From the IMG/VR virus record IMGVR_UViG_3300046804_000671, positions 1 to 55,271 of that record: 55,271 nucleotides of DNA; one strand, given 5' to 3'. Source of the DNA: a virus. Lineage: Duplodnaviria; Caudoviricetes. The notes beneath the pieces were generated by a model. It searched no databases and had not been told where the DNA came from. It saw nothing but the letters and a program-made list of their open reading frames with translations. Made by a program: the position numbers and the translations under genes. Positions 19,546-30,190 of the stretch are shown here, in pieces; position 1 is the first letter of the stretch; each line of letters begins with the position of its first letter.

Positions 19546-22341
19546 ATGGCTCTTTCACTTAATCAGGCTCAGGCCATTGTTCAGAAGCTCTCAAACGAAC
19601 AGCTTATGCAGGCCTATACAAGCGGAACCATTCCACAGTTTGTGGTCTTCTCAGAGATGCAGAGAAGACAGAACATGGCGAACTCTCAGGCCAAGGCACC
19701 AACACAGACTGTTGCCGAGAAGATGATTGGCAGCGAGGAGCCAGAAGGCATTGCCTCAATGCAGCCGCCACAAATGGCAGCCAAGGGCGGAATCACAAAG
19801 GTTTCGCCTCTCTCAATGGGTTATTCAGAAGAACTCCCCAGAGAAGCATTGAAGATTATTGAAATGCGCCGAAAGCAGATGCAGGATCTGGAGGAACCCG
19901 ATTACAATCCTCCTCAGTATGCTGCTGAGGGTGGCGCTCTCAGGCTTGCTGGTGGCTCCGATGGAGATTACGTGTACTCAGGAGACACAGAAATTGCAGA
20001 GGCACCAGTTTCTAGAACTGACATTCCGTCTCCAAGCCCACCTCCAGTTGTTTCTAAGGGTGATTTTAATCCTTCAGGTATTGTTTCTCCTGAATATATT
20101 TTCAACAAGTTTAAGCAGCTTGGATATTCGGATCAGGCTGCCGCCGCGCTTGCCGGTAATGCTCAGCATGAAAGCTATGGAAACCCTAGACAGAAGCAGA
20201 TCAAAGGACCCGGAATGGGTCTCATGCAGTGGAGTCCTGACAGATTCAACAGCTTGATTGATTATGCCAATTCGAAAAACATCAACCCATATGATGTAGA
20301 TACACAGATTGATTTCATTCATAATGAACTTGGTGGAAAAGAGGCATCAAGCGGAAAGAAGCTCAGATCAGCAAGCAGCCTGAATGACGCGAATAACGCA
20401 GTTCTTTCTTATCTTAGGCCAAAGAATTATTCCGCAAAAGACCCGACAAAGACAATTCATTATAATGACAGATACAGGAACGCGGCACAAATTCTTGGAA
20501 TTGGTTCAGAGCCTCCCAGAGTTAGGCCAGAGGGAGCTGATACATATGTTCCGCAAAGGCAGGGAGCCATCAATCCCACTCAGGGAGGAGATGTATATTA
20601 TTCTAGATTTATGTACCCAGAAAAGAAAAAAGAACAGACAGATTCAGAAAGAGGTCTCGCTGCGTTGAGGGCCGCCCAGATTGTTCAGTCAATTGGCAGA
20701 CCTCCAATGAACAGAAACAATGGTGGTCCTATTTATCTTAATGAAAGTTCAGACGGAACACCTGTTAGCTCTGGAGAAGTAAAGAAAACTCCTTTTGGAA
20801 ATATGCTTACACTATCAAATGGAGAAGAAGTTATCATTCCTCCGGGCATGAGTGTAGATGACGCAAAAAGAATTTTCTCAAGAACTCCAACATCTACTCC
20901 GGGTGTAAACCCTCAGGCTGCTCCTGTGCATACAGATTCTGGATCAGTCCCTCAGAAGATTTACGAAGGAACAAAGGGTCTGATCGGGAGAATGTGGGAT
21001 GCTGTCCCGTCTAGGGAGGAAGCTGGTCAGGCTGTCGACAGATTTGGATCTGGCATCAAGAGTATCTACGAAGGTGCCACGGCTGGAAAGCGCAGACTTG
21101 AGAGTGCCAGAACTGCTACTCCCGGCGCTCCTTATACAGCCACTGGAATTGGACTTCCCGGTATCGGAGACGATGAGGCTTATCAGGAGGAGGCTCCCAA
21201 GTCTTCTATTGCCGGTCGCTGGCTTGATGAATCAACCAGCGGACTAAGCACTTGGCTGAAAGGAAACCCGCTTTCTCACGAACTTCAGGCTCTCATTGAT
21301 GAGAGAGAGAAGTATGAAACAGGCCTCTTTGAGGAGCTTACTGACAAGCAGAGAGAAGAGAGAGCTAAGAAAATTTCTCAGATCGATACACAGATTGCTG
21401 CTGTCCGCGCAAGAATGAAGGAAGGCTTCGAAGACCCAAGCACCAATAGATCTATGCAGCCTAAGCCTGACGGCACTACTTTTCCTAGGTCTGTTGATGG
21501 CGGTGGACCGGCTGGGACTGAGCCTCCTGTTCCTCCTCAGGGTATTCCGGGCGCTCCGAGGGCCAGACCTCCTGTTGGAGGAGATAAGGGTATTCCTACC
21601 GCTGGTTCTGCTCAAGGTGGTGTCGGAGGAGTTGGTGGCTCTGGTGCTGGCGCTCCGGGTGGTGCTGGAGAAGATCAGTCATTCTCTCAGGTTCTCAAGC
21701 AGGTCAAGGATGCCATTGGATCAAGTGTTCCTGACGAAATGAAGGAACAGATGAAGCAGCATCAGAATGCTCTGCGAGAGATGGGCAATAATAAGTTTAT
21801 TGACGCCATGCTTTCTGCCGCGAAGACACTTGCCGGTCAGAGAAAGGGTAGCGTCAACTTTGCCGACGCGGTTGCAAACGCTGGACTTGCTGCTCAGGTT
21901 GCCAAGGAAAAAGAAAGAAAAGCTGAAGATGACATGCGTAAGTATAGAATTGAGGCAATCAAGCTTGAGCAGGAGGGCAACAAGACCGCCGCTACTCAGG
22001 CCATGAACTATGTCATTCAGGCTAACCATGACAAGAGAGCGCTCCAGACTGCGATGATGCAGACATCAAAGATGATTCAGGCTCAGGAAGCTTCCGACAG
22101 AAGAGCAAATATTGCCGCTTCTACAAAGGAACTTGTTGCGGCAGAATCAAAGCTTGCTGATCTCAATAGAATGATTCTCAATCCTCAATCATTTGGCATC
22201 ACCGATACGAAGGCTCTTGAGATTGAGAGAGACAGACTTAATCAGCAGATCCAAGGCGCTGAAGCGGCCCTAAAGTACTGGCAGACAGGAACCAACTATG
22301 ATGCGGTTCGTGCCGAAGCCAAAAGAAGAGGACTTATTTAG
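19546..22341 (+). CDS. Internal virion protein with phage-tail-lysozyme domain
   Basis: AAGGA RBS at MALSL; GYSDQAAAALAGNAQHES...GLMQW...QIDFI lysozyme motif at ~20100-20490. Confidence 0.75.
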   Translation: MALSLNQAQAIVQKLSNEQLMQAYTSGTIPQFVVFSEMQRRQNMANSQAKAPTQTVAEKMIGSEEPEGIASMQPPQMAAKGGITKVSPLSMGYSEELPREALKIIEMRRKQMQDLEEPDYNPPQYAAEGGALRLAGGSDGDYVYSGDTEIAEAPVSRTDIPSPSPPPVVSKGDFNPSGIVSPEYIFNKFKQLGYSDQAAAALAGNAQHESYGNPRQKQIKGPGMGLMQWSPDRFNSLIDYANSKNINPYDVDTQIDFIHNELGGKEASSGKKLRSASSLNDANNAVLSYLRPKNYSAKDPTKTIHYNDRYRNAAQILGIGSEPPRVRPEGADTYVPQRQGAINPTQGGDVYYSRFMYPEKKKEQTDSERGLAALRAAQIVQSIGRPPMNRNNGGPIYLNESSDGTPVSSGEVKKTPFGNMLTLSNGEEVIIPPGMSVDDAKRIFSRTPTSTPGVNPQAAPVHTDSGSVPQKIYEGTKGLIGRMWDAVPSREEAGQAVDRFGSGIKSIYEGATAGKRRLESARTATPGAPYTATGIGLPGIGDDEAYQEEAPKSSIAGRWLDESTSGLSTWLKGNPLSHELQALIDEREKYETGLFEELTDKQREERAKKISQIDTQIAAVRARMKEGFEDPSTNRSMQPKPDGTTFPRSVDGGGPAGTEPPVPPQGIPGAPRARPPVGGDKGIPTAGSAQGGVGGVGGSGAGAPGGAGEDQSFSQVLKQVKDAIGSSVPDEMKEQMKQHQNALREMGNNKFIDAMLSAAKTLAGQRKGSVNFADAVANAGLAAQVAKEKERKAEDDMRKYRIEAIKLEQEGNKTAATQAMNYVIQANHDKRALQTAMMQTSKMIQAQEASDRRANIAASTKELVAAESKLADLNRMILNPQSFGITDTKALEIERDRLNQQIQGAEAALKYWQTGTNYDAVRAEAKRRGLI

Positions 22342-22343
22342 TA

Positions 22344-25300
22344 ATGGACCTTTCATCTCTCTCTGACGAAGAACTGATGCATCTGTATAACAGCGGAGGC
22401 AAGAAGTCAAAAGATCTTTCGTCTATGTCTGACCAGCAGCTTATGGATTTGTATGGAAGGCTTTCTCCACCAAAGCCTCCCGCTACCAGAGCAGAAGAGA
22501 AGAAGGCACAGGAAGAGCCGGGAGTATTTGGTAGGCTTGGCAAAGAGTTTAGTCGCCAGACAGAAAGCCTTATCTCTTCAGGCAGAACAGCATACGAGAC
22601 TCTCACAGAAGAAGACAAGGCTGCTGTTGCTCATAGAGCAGAAGAGAGACAGAAGAAGATTGCGGAGAAGTATGGGCCGGAGAGAGGCCTTGCTGAAGTT
22701 CAGAAGGCATACGAAGAGAAGGGAATTCTTCCTGCCGCTGGAGAAGTTCTGTATCAGGTTCCGGGTGCCATTGGTTCTATTCTTCCGACAATGGCTGGTG
22801 GTATTGTTGGCGGATTGGTTGGAGGCCCCGCTGGTGCCGCTATTGGCATGGGTGCTGTTTCTGGCGCTACACAGTTGGGAACAAATCTAGAGCGTCAGTT
22901 TGAGAAGCAGGCAAATGAAGGGAAGCCAATCGACCCGGATGTAGGAGCCGCTGCCATTGGCGCTCTTGCTCAGGCTGGACTTGATACCGCTGGCTTCATG
23001 ATTCCATTCGGTAAGGCAATCATTGCTCCATTCTCAAAGGTTGCATCCAAGAGCGGGACTGCTGCCGCTGAGAAGCTTGCCGCCGAGTCAATCACCAAGA
23101 CCCTTGCAAAGGGTACTGCTGTTGGAATGATCGCTGAAGTTCCGACAGAAGTCGCACAGCAGATGATCGAAAGATATCAGGCTGGATTGGATCTGTTCTC
23201 GGATGATGCTCTAAAGGAATATGCAGAGATTGCATATAAGACTTCAATCAGCGTTGCTCCTCTTGGCGGCCCCGGAAGGATGATTGAGAAATCAGGAGCC
23301 AAGGCTCAGGTTGCAAAAGCAGCCGCCGACGAGGAAGAGAAGAAGCGTCTTGCCGCAGAGGAGACGCAGTACGTTGGTCAGAGACAGCAGGAATTCATTC
23401 AGGCTGATGAGGCCAGACGACAGCAGGAGCAGGCTCAGTCTGAAGAGGCTGCTAAAGCTGCTGGAATGGGATATGTTCCCAAGCTTGAAGCTCCACCAAA
23501 GAGAGCAGAGGATAGTGCCCCCGCTCCAGAAGAGAGAACATACCCAGAACTCAGGGGTGACAATTTTGTAATTGTTGGAGAGAAGAGCGGAAACCCTGTT
23601 CAGGGTGGCTTCAGAACAATGGAAGAGGCAAAGGCTGCTTCAGATAAATTCAATTCATTGTTTGAAGAATCGGAAGGTAGGGCAGAAGAAGAAGAACTTA
23701 AGTCTATTCGCAAACAGCACGGCGATCTTCTTAAGGCTCTTGCAAACCCAGACTATATTCCAATTGACAAGTCTAAGCTTAAGGGGTCTGACGGTTGGCT
23801 CGCGCTTAAAATCAATGAACATAGAAGAAACCGTGGCGCTGACGACCGCACAATTGCATCTAACATTACATATCCTGCTGAAATTGCAGAACTGAATATT
23901 CACAACCCGAAGGAACTGTCTGACAGACTTATTGAAGAGCAGTACCCCGGAGTAAAGGCAAAGGGTCTAACAATCCCCGCGCTTGGTGCTACGGCAAGAG
24001 GTGAAGCTCTAATTAATAAGCATGATACAATCGATTCAATTCCGAAGAGAATGACCAAAGATCTAAAGGTCATCGCTGCCGAAAATGGAATTGAAGTAAA
24101 TGCAGGAACAAAGCCTCTAGATGTAATCAACAACCTTAGAAAGATTTCTGGAAGAGATGCTCTTGTTAAGGAAGAAGAGCAGCTTGGAAAAAATAGACCT
24201 GCAATTGTTAGCGCCCAGCCAGATAGCATAACTAGGCAGGCCAGAGAGCAGCAGATCGCTGAAGAGAGAGCCTCTAAAGATTGGGAGAACAGCCCTGTCC
24301 GTCCGTTTTCTGAGGCTGTTGAGAAGCAGCAGGATAGAGTAAACAAGCTTACAGAAGCTGCCGAAAAAGCCAAAAACAACAAGGCCAAGGTCGCTCTACA
24401 GAAGCGTATCGACAAGGCTCAGGAACAGCTTAATGAGGCCCAGAATAATCTTAACGAGGCCAAGAAGAAGTACGGAGTAACAGAAGGACCGTACCGCCCA
24501 GCGGAAGTAATCGGCCAGCAGAAGGTTCAGGAACAGTCCAAGATGAAGGCTGCCCTGAAGACCGCATTCGACAGGATGGGTCTGACCAAGCAGGGCATCT
24601 CGCCTCAGGTCGTGGACTATCTGGCCAATGAACAGGGTCAGGCACAGAGAGGTGCCGGTGCTGTAGAGGCCGAGTACAATCCTCAGGCCAAGACAATTAC
24701 CTTCGCCTCAGATATCTACGATCCAAACCTTTCTGTTGACCAGATCGTTGACAAAATGATGGACGTTCTCAACCATGAGATCATCCATTCCCTGAAGGCC
24801 GCTGGTCTTTTCACCAAGCCTGAATGGAACATCCTTGAGAACTTCGTGAAGAGCGGAGAAGGCAAGAGATTCCTTGAGCGTGCCAAGATTGTCTATCCAG
24901 ACTTGTCCACAGAGGCACAGATCGAAGAGGCTGTTGCGGAGGCTGCCCGTGCCTTCAAGGCTGGCGACTTCAAGCCTGTTGGAAAGCCAAGAAGTCTTTT
25001 CGAACGCATCATCAACTTCTTCAAGAGTATCTTTTCAACAGCCAAGACAAACAACACCACACCTGACGCCATCTTCAATGCAATAAGAACTGGAGAGATT
25101 GGTGGTCGCAAGGCCACGCAGGATGCCGCCAAGACGCAGCCTATGCAGTCAAGGGTTGGCGACAATGGAGGCCCTCCACTGGAGGAAAAGAAGAACTGGA
25201 TCAACGTTCCTAGACTTCTCCAGTTCCTTGGCAGTCAGATGTACAAGAATGACATTGGTCAGGTTGCTTCGAAGGAGCTTATTCAGAATGCCTTTGACTC

Positions 25301-28300
25301 AGTGAAGATGGCTCAAGCTCAGGGCGTGTTGCTTGGGCCGGGAAAGATTATCTATGATTATCATTCCAAAGAAAACATCATGAAGGTGTCCGATAACGGT
25401 ATCGGAATGGACGAAGATGTTCTTCGCAAGGCGTTCTTTACTGTATTCGGAAGCGACAAGAAGGGACTTGATCCAAAGGAAAGATCAGGTGGATTTGGTC
25501 TTGCAAAACTTGCTTATCTTCTTGCGGCTGAAGACATCAAAATCAAAACTACAAAGGATGGAGTAACGTATAGAATTCATACTTCTGGTGAAGCCATCAA
25601 GAAGATGTATGAAGATGGAACTGACATTAAGATTGACAAGGAGTCAACTCCCAGCGCGCCAAATGGAACTTCTGTCGAGGTTAAAATTCCCAAGGAATCT
25701 GTCGACAGAATGTCTGGGAATAAAGTTGAGAATTCAGTTTTGTATCCTCGTGTTCTTCATGGACGTAATAGAAAGTTCATCGGCAACGCCAAGTTCTACG
25801 AAAGAGCTTACTGGCAAAGAGATGAAGAGCCTGAAGAGATCAAAGAACTTACAGACCTAAGTGAGTTTGATCCTCCTCAAACAAAAAAGTTTTCATGGGG
25901 AGAAGTTGACGTATATCTTGGCAGGAAGCTTGAAGAAGGCAGCGAACGCGCTCAGGTTTTGAGCGCTGGAGTTTATCAGTTCAATTATTCTATTATGGAT
26001 AATTTTAAGTCTCCAAAGATTAAGTCGATATTCAATGTAAAGCCATACAACACTCCAGCCCCAATTGATCTTGAGGAGTACATCGGAGAAGGAAAGAAAG
26101 AAGGAACATCAACAGCATATCCGTTTACACCTGATAGAGAGAACTTCTCTGAGTTTGTCAAGGGAGACTTGGGGACACTTGAAGCAATTGTCTGGAAGAG
26201 GCATAACGATTTGGTTATGCAGAGCCAAGTCAAGGCGATGTCATCGTTTTATAAGATGAAGCAGTCTAGTGGAGAGTCTGGCGGTGGATTTAGATTCAAG
26301 AGCATTAGCAGCCCAACAAATACCTCAGGCAAGTCAACCCAGTTTGAGAAGGTTGATGTCGGTCTTAGCGACATAGACATTAAAAACAATGTTTTTACTG
26401 GAGACAAGAGTAAATTTCCTTCTTTTGAGCCTTACTTCCACAACAATCTTGACATTGACATTGTAGAAAAGGCCGCTAGCGAACACGGCATCCAGCCAGA
26501 AAGAGCAAGGCAGTTCTTCTTTGAGCTTGGCAAGGTTGTTCATGATTTTTCGTTTAAGAATATTGCTGCTGTTGCTGAGGTAAATCCTGATTATAAGTCA
26601 TATCTCCCCGGAGCGGAAGAAAGAATTGCTGGAATATCACTGGATAAGGATTACGCTGGAGTCAATGCAAGATTCCCACTTTCCGGCATGTACCTAAATC
26701 CTTTCTACACTGAATTCTTTTCATCTAGAAATATCAAACTTACTCCGTCAATAATGGGTCCGTACTGGCTCAGAGTAATGAAACACGAAGCAGCTCATGA
26801 AGTTGCAAGAGGACATAACAATGATTTCTGCGTAGAAGAGGTTGTGCTTGACACACTTCTTCACGACACCGATGGTAAAGCTGGACCAACCATGTCAAAC
26901 CTCATGAAGAGGTTTGAAAAAATCTATTCAGATTATCTAACAGAATATGAGGCGATGAAAGATGTCTACGACAGAGATGATACGAAAAACAATTCTACTT
27001 CCCTCGATGACCAAAGGCTCAGCGAAGGACCCGAACTGGAAGAAGACTCTGGAAGAAAGGCTGTTCGGTCTAGAGATGAGTATGTTTCTGGTAGAGAAAG
27101 ACAAGAGGTCGCGTCCGGAAGACAAGAAGGAAGCGAAGGAGGTTTCTTTGTTCCTAAAGGAATGTCTATCGAAGCTGAAAGCGTCACCGACCAAGGAAGT
27201 GTTCGCCAAAAGAATGGGCCTGTAAAGCAGGCAAGAGTTGGTCCTTCCAATCCTGTGAATATTAATCTTAATACACCTACGCAGGTTGGAAGAAGCAACC
27301 AGATCAACCAGCTTATCATTAACAACAATAGATATCTTTCTCAGCTTACCGCTGAAGAGGGCACTCGCACTTCCCAAACCTACAAAGACTATATCAAGGA
27401 AGTGATTGACCCATTCCATATGCTTGGTAAGGGTGCTGACAAGTTCCGCATTGCTAGGGCGCTTCTTGTCGGAAACATTGCCGAGATGACCAGAAAGGTC
27501 AATGACTACGTCAAGGCTATCGGTGATGCCAAGGGAGACAAGAAGGCTATCTACGATTACCTGACAACAAGAGGTGCCCTGCCTGACCGTATTGGTAATG
27601 CTGAAGCAAGAAGGGCGGCGGTCGCCGTCAAGGATATCATCAACGATATCGGAGACGAGCTTGTCAGGCAGAATCTGATCAGCCAGAACGAAAGAAACCG
27701 CTTCCTTGATTCGTATCTGCCCAGAGTATATCTGGCTTATATCGATAAGAAGCATGTCAGGGGAGGCATCAAGCCTTCTTACCAGTACTACCTTGAGCAT
27801 CGTCAAGACTTGACTGAGGAGGAGAGAACCCGCCTCGGAGAGATTGACGATCCTGCATTCCTTGTTCAGGAAGCTCTGTTCTCTCCGCTCCGTGATCTTG
27901 CCATTCTAAACTTCTTCAAGAAGATCAATGACATTGGACAGGGTCAATGGATCATTGGGATGGATGCAATCAGATATACAAACCCTTCAGGGCATACATA
28001 CCAGAAGTCACTGCCTGAACTGAAGATGTTCAAGCATAGACTTGAAAGCATGATCTCTGATGGAACGGTTGAGCCTTCAAGGGCTGCTGTTGCAAACGAC
28101 GAGCTTGCTCATCTCACTTCGTTCATCAATAACGTCGAGAGCCAGCTTGACGCCAACGTTGACAAGGGAAGATACATTAAGGTTGCCAAGGACCCGAAGA
28201 GATTCGGTCCTTTGGCTGGAGTGTGGCTTGCTCGCCCAATCTACAGAGACATCATGGGAATGGGTTCATTCGTTCCAAACGACATGAGCGCCGTTGCTGC

Positions 28301-29771
28301 CGCGTTCTCTGATGGTGGCCTAATGGCCAAGGCTACCCGCCACTTCAAGGTGGCAAAGGTCGCCATGAATCCTCCTACCATTGTCACAAACATTATCTCC
28401 AATACACTTATGATGCATTTCGCTGATGTGCCAATGCGTCTAATCTTCCCTAGGGTTGCCAGCGTGTTCAAGGAGATTGTTGTAGACAAGAGAGGAAGAT
28501 ACTACGATCTCGTCCATAAGTACGGACTCAAGGAAACAACACTGTCTGAGGTTGAGCTTCACCGTCTGTACGATGAACTCCGCAATAGACAGATTGGTTC
28601 ATCTGGACTCGGCAATGTCATGGGCATGTTCAATGCACTTGGCAGAGCATATGGAAATCTTGAAGACAAGGCCAGCAATATGTACGGCTCAATCGAGACC
28701 GTCTTCAAGGCGGCCGTCATCAAGGATGCCATCGAGCGTCAGGGTCTGTCTGAGGAGCAGGCTGTACTCAAGGCAAACAAGTACCTGTTCGATTACAGCG
28801 AGGTTCATGACTCAGTTAAGGCTCTCAGAAACGTTCCGTTCGGAGCGCCGTTCTTGACTTGGTCCTACAAAATGACTCCGCTGCTCATCGAGACGGCTCT
28901 TACAAAGCCTTGGAAGTTCGCCCCATATGCCATGCTGTTCGCTGGCGTGTCAATGTACGCCTCTGCTGCAATGACTGATGCTGGCGGCGATCCTGAAGAC
29001 AAGGACAAGATGAAAAAGTTCATCTCGCTCAAGGCTGCACAGAACCCAATGCTTCTTGCATACAGCCCAACAGATGCGTTCGATTTCGGCAAGTACATGC
29101 CTTTCAACAACATCTATAAGTTTGCCGACGCTCTTCTTAAGGGTGACTTTGTTGAGGCGTTCAAGGCGTTCGGATTCTTCGGAGGACCAATCGCTGATCT
29201 TGGTGTGGCGTTGCTTGCCAAGAAGGACCCATTCACTGGTAACGATATCTTCCCGAAGGGAGCATCATACGACGAGAAGGTTGCCCTGTCATTCAACTAC
29301 CTTCTCAACTCCTTCACTCCTTCATTCATGAAGGATATGCCTAGGTTCATTGCTGGGCACGGCATCAGCGATACTGAGCTTATCGCTGGCGCTGAGTCTC
29401 CGGTTGTCAACCTGTTGAAGAAGGTGTTTGAAGATCCAACTGGCAAGAAGCCCGGAATGCCTACAAAGGATTACGGTGAAATCTTTGCCAACATCTTTGG
29501 GTTCAATATCTACCATCCGTCATTCGCTCAGTATGCAATGAACCTAAACAAGTTCAACAGAGAGATCGATGACATCAAGACTGGTAGAAGAAACGCATTG
29601 ATGGACCCCACCCTGTCAAAGGGTGAGATCGAAAGCATCAACAAGAAGTATACAAAAATGCTTGAGGAGAAATCCAAGGAACTCCGAGACTTTGTCAAGG
29701 ACTCCAAGATTTCTCCACAAGTTATGGAAGTCATCAGGCAGAGCGTTGAGGGTACAGCGAGGAGCAAATGA
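22344..29771 (+). CDS. Large polyvalent ejection protein with two HExxH metallopeptidase-like motifs and a GHKL ATPase domain
   Basis: 2475 aa; HEIIH (~24774), ELIQNAFD/DNGIGM/GGFGLAK/NGTSV (~25270-25680), HEAAH (~26784). Confidence 0.75.
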   Translation: MDLSSLSDEELMHLYNSGGKKSKDLSSMSDQQLMDLYGRLSPPKPPATRAEEKKAQEEPGVFGRLGKEFSRQTESLISSGRTAYETLTEEDKAAVAHRAEERQKKIAEKYGPERGLAEVQKAYEEKGILPAAGEVLYQVPGAIGSILPTMAGGIVGGLVGGPAGAAIGMGAVSGATQLGTNLERQFEKQANEGKPIDPDVGAAAIGALAQAGLDTAGFMIPFGKAIIAPFSKVASKSGTAAAEKLAAESITKTLAKGTAVGMIAEVPTEVAQQMIERYQAGLDLFSDDALKEYAEIAYKTSISVAPLGGPGRMIEKSGAKAQVAKAAADEEEKKRLAAEETQYVGQRQQEFIQADEARRQQEQAQSEEAAKAAGMGYVPKLEAPPKRAEDSAPAPEERTYPELRGDNFVIVGEKSGNPVQGGFRTMEEAKAASDKFNSLFEESEGRAEEEELKSIRKQHGDLLKALANPDYIPIDKSKLKGSDGWLALKINEHRRNRGADDRTIASNITYPAEIAELNIHNPKELSDRLIEEQYPGVKAKGLTIPALGATARGEALINKHDTIDSIPKRMTKDLKVIAAENGIEVNAGTKPLDVINNLRKISGRDALVKEEEQLGKNRPAIVSAQPDSITRQAREQQIAEERASKDWENSPVRPFSEAVEKQQDRVNKLTEAAEKAKNNKAKVALQKRIDKAQEQLNEAQNNLNEAKKKYGVTEGPYRPAEVIGQQKVQEQSKMKAALKTAFDRMGLTKQGISPQVVDYLANEQGQAQRGAGAVEAEYNPQAKTITFASDIYDPNLSVDQIVDKMMDVLNHEIIHSLKAAGLFTKPEWNILENFVKSGEGKRFLERAKIVYPDLSTEAQIEEAVAEAARAFKAGDFKPVGKPRSLFERIINFFKSIFSTAKTNNTTPDAIFNAIRTGEIGGRKATQDAAKTQPMQSRVGDNGGPPLEEKKNWINVPRLLQFLGSQMYKNDIGQVASKELIQNAFDSVKMAQAQGVLLGPGKIIYDYHSKENIMKVSDNGIGMDEDVLRKAFFTVFGSDKKGLDPKERSGGFGLAKLAYLLAAEDIKIKTTKDGVTYRIHTSGEAIKKMYEDGTDIKIDKESTPSAPNGTSVEVKIPKESVDRMSGNKVENSVLYPRVLHGRNRKFIGNAKFYERAYWQRDEEPEEIKELTDLSEFDPPQTKKFSWGEVDVYLGRKLEEGSERAQVLSAGVYQFNYSIMDNFKSPKIKSIFNVKPYNTPAPIDLEEYIGEGKKEGTSTAYPFTPDRENFSEFVKGDLGTLEAIVWKRHNDLVMQSQVKAMSSFYKMKQSSGESGGGFRFKSISSPTNTSGKSTQFEKVDVGLSDIDIKNNVFTGDKSKFPSFEPYFHNNLDIDIVEKAASEHGIQPERARQFFFELGKVVHDFSFKNIAAVAEVNPDYKSYLPGAEERIAGISLDKDYAGVNARFPLSGMYLNPFYTEFFSSRNIKLTPSIMGPYWLRVMKHEAAHEVARGHNNDFCVEEVVLDTLLHDTDGKAGPTMSNLMKRFEKIYSDYLTEYEAMKDVYDRDDTKNNSTSLDDQRLSEGPELEEDSGRKAVRSRDEYVSGRERQEVASGRQEGSEGGFFVPKGMSIEAESVTDQGSVRQKNGPVKQARVGPSNPVNINLNTPTQVGRSNQINQLIINNNRYLSQLTAEEGTRTSQTYKDYIKEVIDPFHMLGKGADKFRIARALLVGNIAEMTRKVNDYVKAIGDAKGDKKAIYDYLTTRGALPDRIGNAEARRAAVAVKDIINDIGDELVRQNLISQNERNRFLDSYLPRVYLAYIDKKHVRGGIKPSYQYYLEHRQDLTEEERTRLGEIDDPAFLVQEALFSPLRDLAILNFFKKINDIGQGQWIIGMDAIRYTNPSGHTYQKSLPELKMFKHRLESMISDGTVEPSRAAVANDELAHLTSFINNVESQLDANVDKGRYIKVAKDPKRFGPLAGVWLARPIYRDIMGMGSFVPNDMSAVAAAFSDGGLMAKATRHFKVAKVAMNPPTIVTNIISNTLMMHFADVPMRLIFPRVASVFKEIVVDKRGRYYDLVHKYGLKETTLSEVELHRLYDELRNRQIGSSGLGNVMGMFNALGRAYGNLEDKASNMYGSIETVFKAAVIKDAIERQGLSEEQAVLKANKYLFDYSEVHDSVKALRNVPFGAPFLTWSYKMTPLLIETALTKPWKFAPYAMLFAGVSMYASAAMTDAGGDPEDKDKMKKFISLKAAQNPMLLAYSPTDAFDFGKYMPFNNIYKFADALLKGDFVEAFKAFGFFGGPIADLGVALLAKKDPFTGNDIFPKGASYDEKVALSFNYLLNSFTPSFMKDMPRFIAGHGISDTELIAGAESPVVNLLKKVFEDPTGKKPGMPTKDYGEIFANIFGFNIYHPSFAQYAMNLNKFNREIDDIKTGRRNALMDPTLSKGEIESINKKYTKMLEEKSKELRDFVKDSKISPQVMEVIRQSVEGTARSK

Positions 29772-30028
29772 CAGACTTCTCGGATAGATACCAACTGGTA
29801 GACAGGCTTGCATATCAGTTGGGAGACAGAGAAAAGGCTATCAAAATCTTGCAGAGTCGCGGACACCTGATGCCTGATGGAAAGACACTGACTCCAAGCG
29901 GACATGCAAGAAACATGATGACAGCAGAAGAGAGAGCCATTGACAGGGGCGCGAGAAAGTTAAGCACAGACCCATCAAGGCTCATCTACAACAAGAACAA
30001 CAACAGGGTTTACGTCAGGAAGAAGTAA
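29768..30028 (+). CDS. Hypothetical protein
   Basis: ATGA overlap; last gene of the + operon. Confidence 0.6.
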   Translation: MTDFSDRYQLVDRLAYQLGDREKAIKILQSRGHLMPDGKTLTPSGHARNMMTAEERAIDRGARKLSTDPSRLIYNKNNNRVYVRKK

Positions 30029-30190
30029 CTACAGTTTCTTGTAGGCTCCTGTCTTGTCCCTGACGACAACCTCGCAGCAGTTGACGCAGAACGTCAACTC
30101 TGACCTTCTATCATCCGGCGCATGGAACACATCTGTCTCGCAGAAGTGATCCGTGTGCCGCTTCTTACGCAGCCAGAAAGACCTTTCCAC
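30029..30190 (-). CDS. Small Cys/His-rich hypothetical protein
   Basis: HFC...CVNCC; GTG start uncertain. Confidence 0.35.
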   Translation of the reverse strand: MERSFWLRKKRHTDHFCETDVFHAPDDRRSELTFCVNCCEVVVRDKTGAYKKL

